Part shown: positions 59,601 through 64,000 of the stretch, piece by piece | How the letters are laid out: the number at the start of each line of letters is the position of its first letter | Numbering within the stretch: position 1 is the first letter of the stretch | Assembly (NCBI GenBank): GCA_973851085.1 | Contig: OZ316775.1 | Span: forward strand, 7,936,001 to 8,000,000 | Direction of reading: 5' to 3' | Source of the DNA: Ptychomitrium polyphyllum | Lineage: Eukaryota | DNA: 64,000 nucleotides | Program-made: the position numbers and the translations under genes | Notes under the pieces: generated by a model | Seen by the model: the letters and a program-made list of their open reading frames with translations, nothing else | Told to the model about the DNA's origin: nothing | Database searches by the model: none

Positions 59601-62600
59601 ATCAATGTGCAGATGATGTGCTAAAAAAAGATCGATCTTCACACGCAACAATTGGATTAGAGCCTTCCAAAAGTTGGAAATGAACTGCAGCCTTCTATCG
59701 GATACATTATCATCTAGTAATCCATATATGCGGTAGATGTGATTTAAGAACAACTTGGCAGTTTTTTTTTCGTTACGATCTTATTGCATAGAATGAAATG
59801 GACTATTTTGGTATATCAATCCACTACTACCAAAGTAAAATCCTTAGAATTAGAGTTTGGAAGGTCTGTGATAAAATCCATTGACAATGACAACCATGGA
59901 TCTTTTGGCATTAAAAGCAGAAAGAAGAGCTCATGAGATTGGTATCTTGGTATCTTGGCCCTTGCACAATTGTTGCATGATAAAACAAAGTCCTTCATGT
60001 ATTTCTACATTTGCGGCCACCAATAATCTCTAGTAATCAATTCCATTGTTTTATTGAAACCAAAATTTTCTTGCTGCTGGAAAATCATGACATGCTTAAA
60101 GGATCTTCGACTACAAAGGGCCTGGAGGTAGATACAAAAGTCCTTTGTAATAAAATAGGCCCTTTTGGTATTCAAAATCCTCATTGCTATTTGAAGAATC
60201 TTCATTGTTTTTAAGGCGCTTCTTTATATTTGAAACAAAGACATCATTCTTCAAAGCCTTCCAAATTTTGTCAAGATGAGATGTTGTAGTAATCACACTT
60301 GCTTTCAATTGGAGATTCTCTGGCTTTAATAAAATAGTCCTTTGTTGATCCAAAACATCATCTCTAGGATGAAGAATTAAATAAGATCTTCAAGATAAGG
60401 CATCTAACTTATCTTGTAGGCTACCAGATTGTTAGGTAATGAAAAAGTTAAATCTAGAAAGTGACATTTTCCACCTTGTTTGACGACAATTCAGAACGTG
60501 CGCATTCATGAAATATTCCAAGTTCTTTTGGTATGTGTATATTGTAATGATATGTTGAGCTTCTTCCAACAAGTGTCGCCATTCTTCAAACGCATCCACA
60601 ATTGCAAGTAGTCCTTTATCATGTATATCATAGTTGATTTCTGCCACTGGGAATTTCTTTGAACAAAAGGCAAGAGGGTGAAGTCTCTTGTCTTCATCAT
60701 ATTGTGAGAGTACTGAGCTAAGCGCAAAATTTGAGGCATTCGCTTGCAGATAGAATGGCTTTGATGGATTTGGATGAATAAAGATTGGAGCCGACGTGAA
60801 TGATTTCTTAAAACCTTGAAATGCTCTTTCCGCCTCTTCATTTCAAATGAATTTTTGCTTCTTTGTAAGACGTGTCAATGGTGCTGCAATCTTAGAACAA
60901 TTTTTGATGAATATCTTGTAAAAGTTTGCAAATTCCAAAAAGCATTAAACATCTTGAATTAATCTTGGCTTACTCCACTCCATGACAGTACTTATTTTCT
61001 TCTCATCCATATGGATTCTTCCTTTGGAATTGATGTAACCTAAAAATTCAATCAATAATTCATGGAAAAGGCACTTGTCCAATTTGGCATAAAATCCTTC
61101 CTTGCGTAGATTTTCTAAGACTAGCCACACACGACATTTGTGGTTTTATTCATCATTTGAATATATAAAAATGTCATCCAATTAGATAACTACAAAATTG
61201 TCCAAGTGTTCATGGAAGATATCATTCATCATGTATTGAATGACTATAGGGGCATTAATATGGTTAAAAAGCATGACATTGTATTTAAAATGACCATACC
61301 TAGATTAAAAAGTTGTCTTCCATTTGTCTCCTTTTTGATGCATACAAGATTGTAGGCTCCTCTAAGATCAATTTTGGTGAATATTTTTGCTTGGCCAAAT
61401 TATTATAGGAGTCTTGAAATTAATGGTAATAGATAACAATTCTTTTTTGTTACTTTCTTGAGGCCTTGATAATCAACGCATATACATAATGATCCATTTT
61501 TCTTCTTTACAAATAGAATGGGTACTCTAACAAGTGATTTAAAGTATTGATTGAAACCCTTTTTGAGATTTTCTTCAATATATTCTCTCAAGGCAATCAA
61601 CTTGGTTTGTGATAAGTTATAAATAGATCCAAAAGGTGGTTGGGCTTTTTTTTGCAATTCAATGGTACAAATGTAAGGCCGATACTTTAGTACTATGTCT
61701 GCATGCTTTTCTTCAAAAATGTCTTTATAATCTTGATATTAACGAGATATATTTTGATTAGCCTCTACTATAGAACTGGACATTGGTGTGGCATAAATGA
61801 CATAAATTGGTTCGTCCTTTGCCGCTCTCATGAATGCCTTGGGTCCAATAAATGATGCTTCAAGATTTCTTGTACCTTGATGTCTTTTTCTTGAGACCAC
61901 ACTACGTGAATGCCAATCACTATCTGGATTATGTAATTCAAACCAAGGAAAGGCCCAAATAATAGAATTTGTTTGGCATTGAATGATGTTGAAGACAATC
62001 TTAGATACTTGGTCTTCTAAAACAACCTCTAAGGATTGGGTTTCTTCAATAACGTTGCTAGATGCAAGAAATCGTTCATCAATAATTTCAATAAGTGCGA
62101 GGTATTTCTTGTTTATAAGCACCATGTGATGTTTGGTTGCAAAATCTTTATCCACTAGAATTGCACTAACTATTTTATCAACTAATAATTTAATTTTGAT
62201 AGGAAACATGAAACAAGAGGTAGGGCTTGAAGGTACCAAGAGACCTTGATTTGATGGTTGTTTGCTTGTGGTGTCCAGTCGCATGGTGCCTACTGTTACT
62301 GGACAATCTCATTTTCCAACTCTACCATTCTGCTTTAAGCCTTAAAAGCAGATCCTTTGATTTGGCAATTGTGCACTTTATGTTCAGACTTGCCACATTA
62401 CAAACATAGGTTTCTTCTTTGACGCTTTTTTTTTTCTTCTGGAGTTAAATTTCTAAATTGGGCAACATCAATTTGCATAGTTTCCGGTCCTTATGGTCGA
62501 TTATCCAATACTTTTGAAGAAATGGTTGCCATACCTTGATGTACTGGTCGCCATCCCAAACATTATTCTTGGCGTCTTTCAAATAGTCTATTGTCACATG

Positions 62601-62879
62601 CTATTGCTTGAATAATGAATTTGTCCAATGTTACAACGCTTAGCATTGTGAGTAACAAATCCTTCAGATTTTTTCAATTATGGTGCAAACCACGATAGAG
62701 CATTGTTTGATAAAAGAATGGCTACAAATTCCACTTGAGTTGTGCCATCAAGATAGCAAGATTGATGCAAACTAAGGAAGAGCCTTACTTGTTGAATAAA
62801 ACCTTACAACTTTGATCTTGATTCATTGAAATTGTCTAACATCCTTATCTTTGGCTCTGCATGGGTTCAACGTAAGCCT

Positions 62880-64000
62880 TTTCTTTTAATATTGGAAGTA
62901 ATTGTTTGTCATATATATTATAACTGATTTTTACTAGTGAAAACTTCTTTAAGTAAAAAATAATTGCATAGAATCTTCCATCTTTGTTATATGGTGAGTA
63001 TATTAAGGCAAATGCAAAGTCTAAGGCATCCACTTCTTAATAAAAAGGGTTTAATGGATTTGGATAAATAAAAATTGGAACCAACATAAATGACTTTTTA
63101 AGACCTTGAAATCTACATTTTGCCTCTTTATTCTAAATGAATTTTTATTTCCCTGTAAATCTTATCAATGGAATAATAATCTTAGAATAATCTTTGATAA
63201 GTATATCATAAAAATTTGTAAATTCCAAGTAGCGTTGAACATCTTAAATTGATCTTGGCGTATTCCACTCTATGTCATTGCTTATTTTCTTTTCATTCAT
63301 ATGAATTTGTCTTTTCAAAATAATATAGCCTAAAAATTCAACCAAAAATACACACAAAAGATATTTCTTGAATTTGACATATAACTTTACTAGCATAACT
63401 TTTTTCAGTCCGGTTGTATGTGACATTTGTAATCATATTCATCTTTTAAATATATTAAAATATCATTTAAATAAATGACTACAAAATTGTTCAAATGCTC
63501 ATGAAAGATATCATTCATCATGTGTTGGAAGACTGCAGGGACATTGATAAGGCCAAAAGGCATAACATTGTATTCAAAATGGCCGTACCTAGATGAAAAA
63601 AATATCATCCATTCATCTCTTTCTTTAATACATACAAGTTTGTAGGCTCCTCTAAAATTGATATTGGTGAATATCTTTGTTCGGCCAAGTTGTTATAGGA
63701 GTCTTGAGATTAATGGTCTTCTTAGTCACTTTATTGGGGCCTCAATAGTCCACATACATATACAATGATCCATTCTTTTTTTTATACAAATAAGAAAGAT
63801 GCTTTAACAAAATATTTGAAATGTTAGATGAAGCCTTTTTAAAGGTTTTCATCAATATATTCTTTTAAAGCAGTCATTGATTATAGATAGATTTAATAGG
63901 CGGTTAGGCTCCTTTTTGCAACTTGATGGCGCAATTGTAAAGCCACTGCTTTAATAATATATCTGTATTTTTTTTTCAAAGAAATTTTTATAATCTTGGT
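62880..64000 (-). mobile_element. Second decayed chromovirus-type RT/RNase H fragment, running off the window
   Basis: RYGHFEYNVMPFGLINVPAVFQHMMNDIF...FVVIYLNDILIY (decayed YLDD) and an RNase H start ending at YNIYDKQLLPIL. Confidence 0.85.

Larger units (their letters stand above)
56460..62870 (-). mobile_element. Decayed chromovirus (Ty3/gypsy, Tcn1-like): gag-PR-RT-RH-INT-chromodomain, interrupted in integrase by nested solo LTRs
   Basis: Minus strand: gag (ALSWFAP; PETMQID...CL*CGKSEHKVHNC), protease, RT (PILFVKKKNGSLCICVDYQGL), RNase H (AEINYDIHDKGLLAIVDAFEEWRHLL), integrase (YWWPQM, PWLSLSMDFITDLP), KKLDYQRLEPF, chromodomain (~56700-56550: ILDSR..YLIH*QGY...TW). Many stops and frameshifts. 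Confidence 0.9.

Noticed and set aside
57586..59683. Paired near-identical ORFs on opposite strands (MPKSDKGAKSYG..., MFLPL...) suggesting a gene pair or TIR transposon
   Set aside because: Explained by two inverted copies of the same LTR with TG...CA-type ends and 5-bp TSDs.
1..64000. CRISPR arrays, rRNA or prokaryotic defence operons
   Set aside because: Sequence is eukaryotic and intron-rich; no repeat-spacer periodicity or rRNA signature seen.

Overview
Eukaryotic genomic DNA from a bryophyte, most likely a moss such as Physcomitrium (inferred from gene content, GT-AG intron style and AT-decayed Ty3/gypsy relics; not verified by search). Genes in order: 3' end of a reticulon B17/B18/B21-type gene (+); tandem cyclic-nucleotide-binding-domain (CNBD) protein (-); intronless F-box gene (+); an 11-exon multipass membrane protein whose C-terminal half resembles the PHTF / insect-chemoreceptor-like 7TM ion channel superfamily (-); a ~5.7 kb decayed gypsy relic; serine palmitoyltransferase small subunit (-); RETICULATA-related DUF3411 gene (+); tRNA-Ala pseudogene; chalcone-isomerase-like CHIL (+); mitochondrial LpxD (-); limit dextrinase with an apparent N-terminal CBM41 (+); a secreted YAPx-repeat protein (-); a decayed NLR-like locus ending in two intact ORFs (+); and a decayed chromovirus interrupted by a solo LTR that itself carries an inverted solo LTR of the same family. 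Best leads: the PHTF/7TM-channel-like gene, the CNBD protein with a ~350-aa insertion inside its second domain, the CBM41-bearing limit dextrinase, and the nested inverted solo LTRs. All gene models were spliced by eye and all family assignments come from remembered motifs, not database searches.
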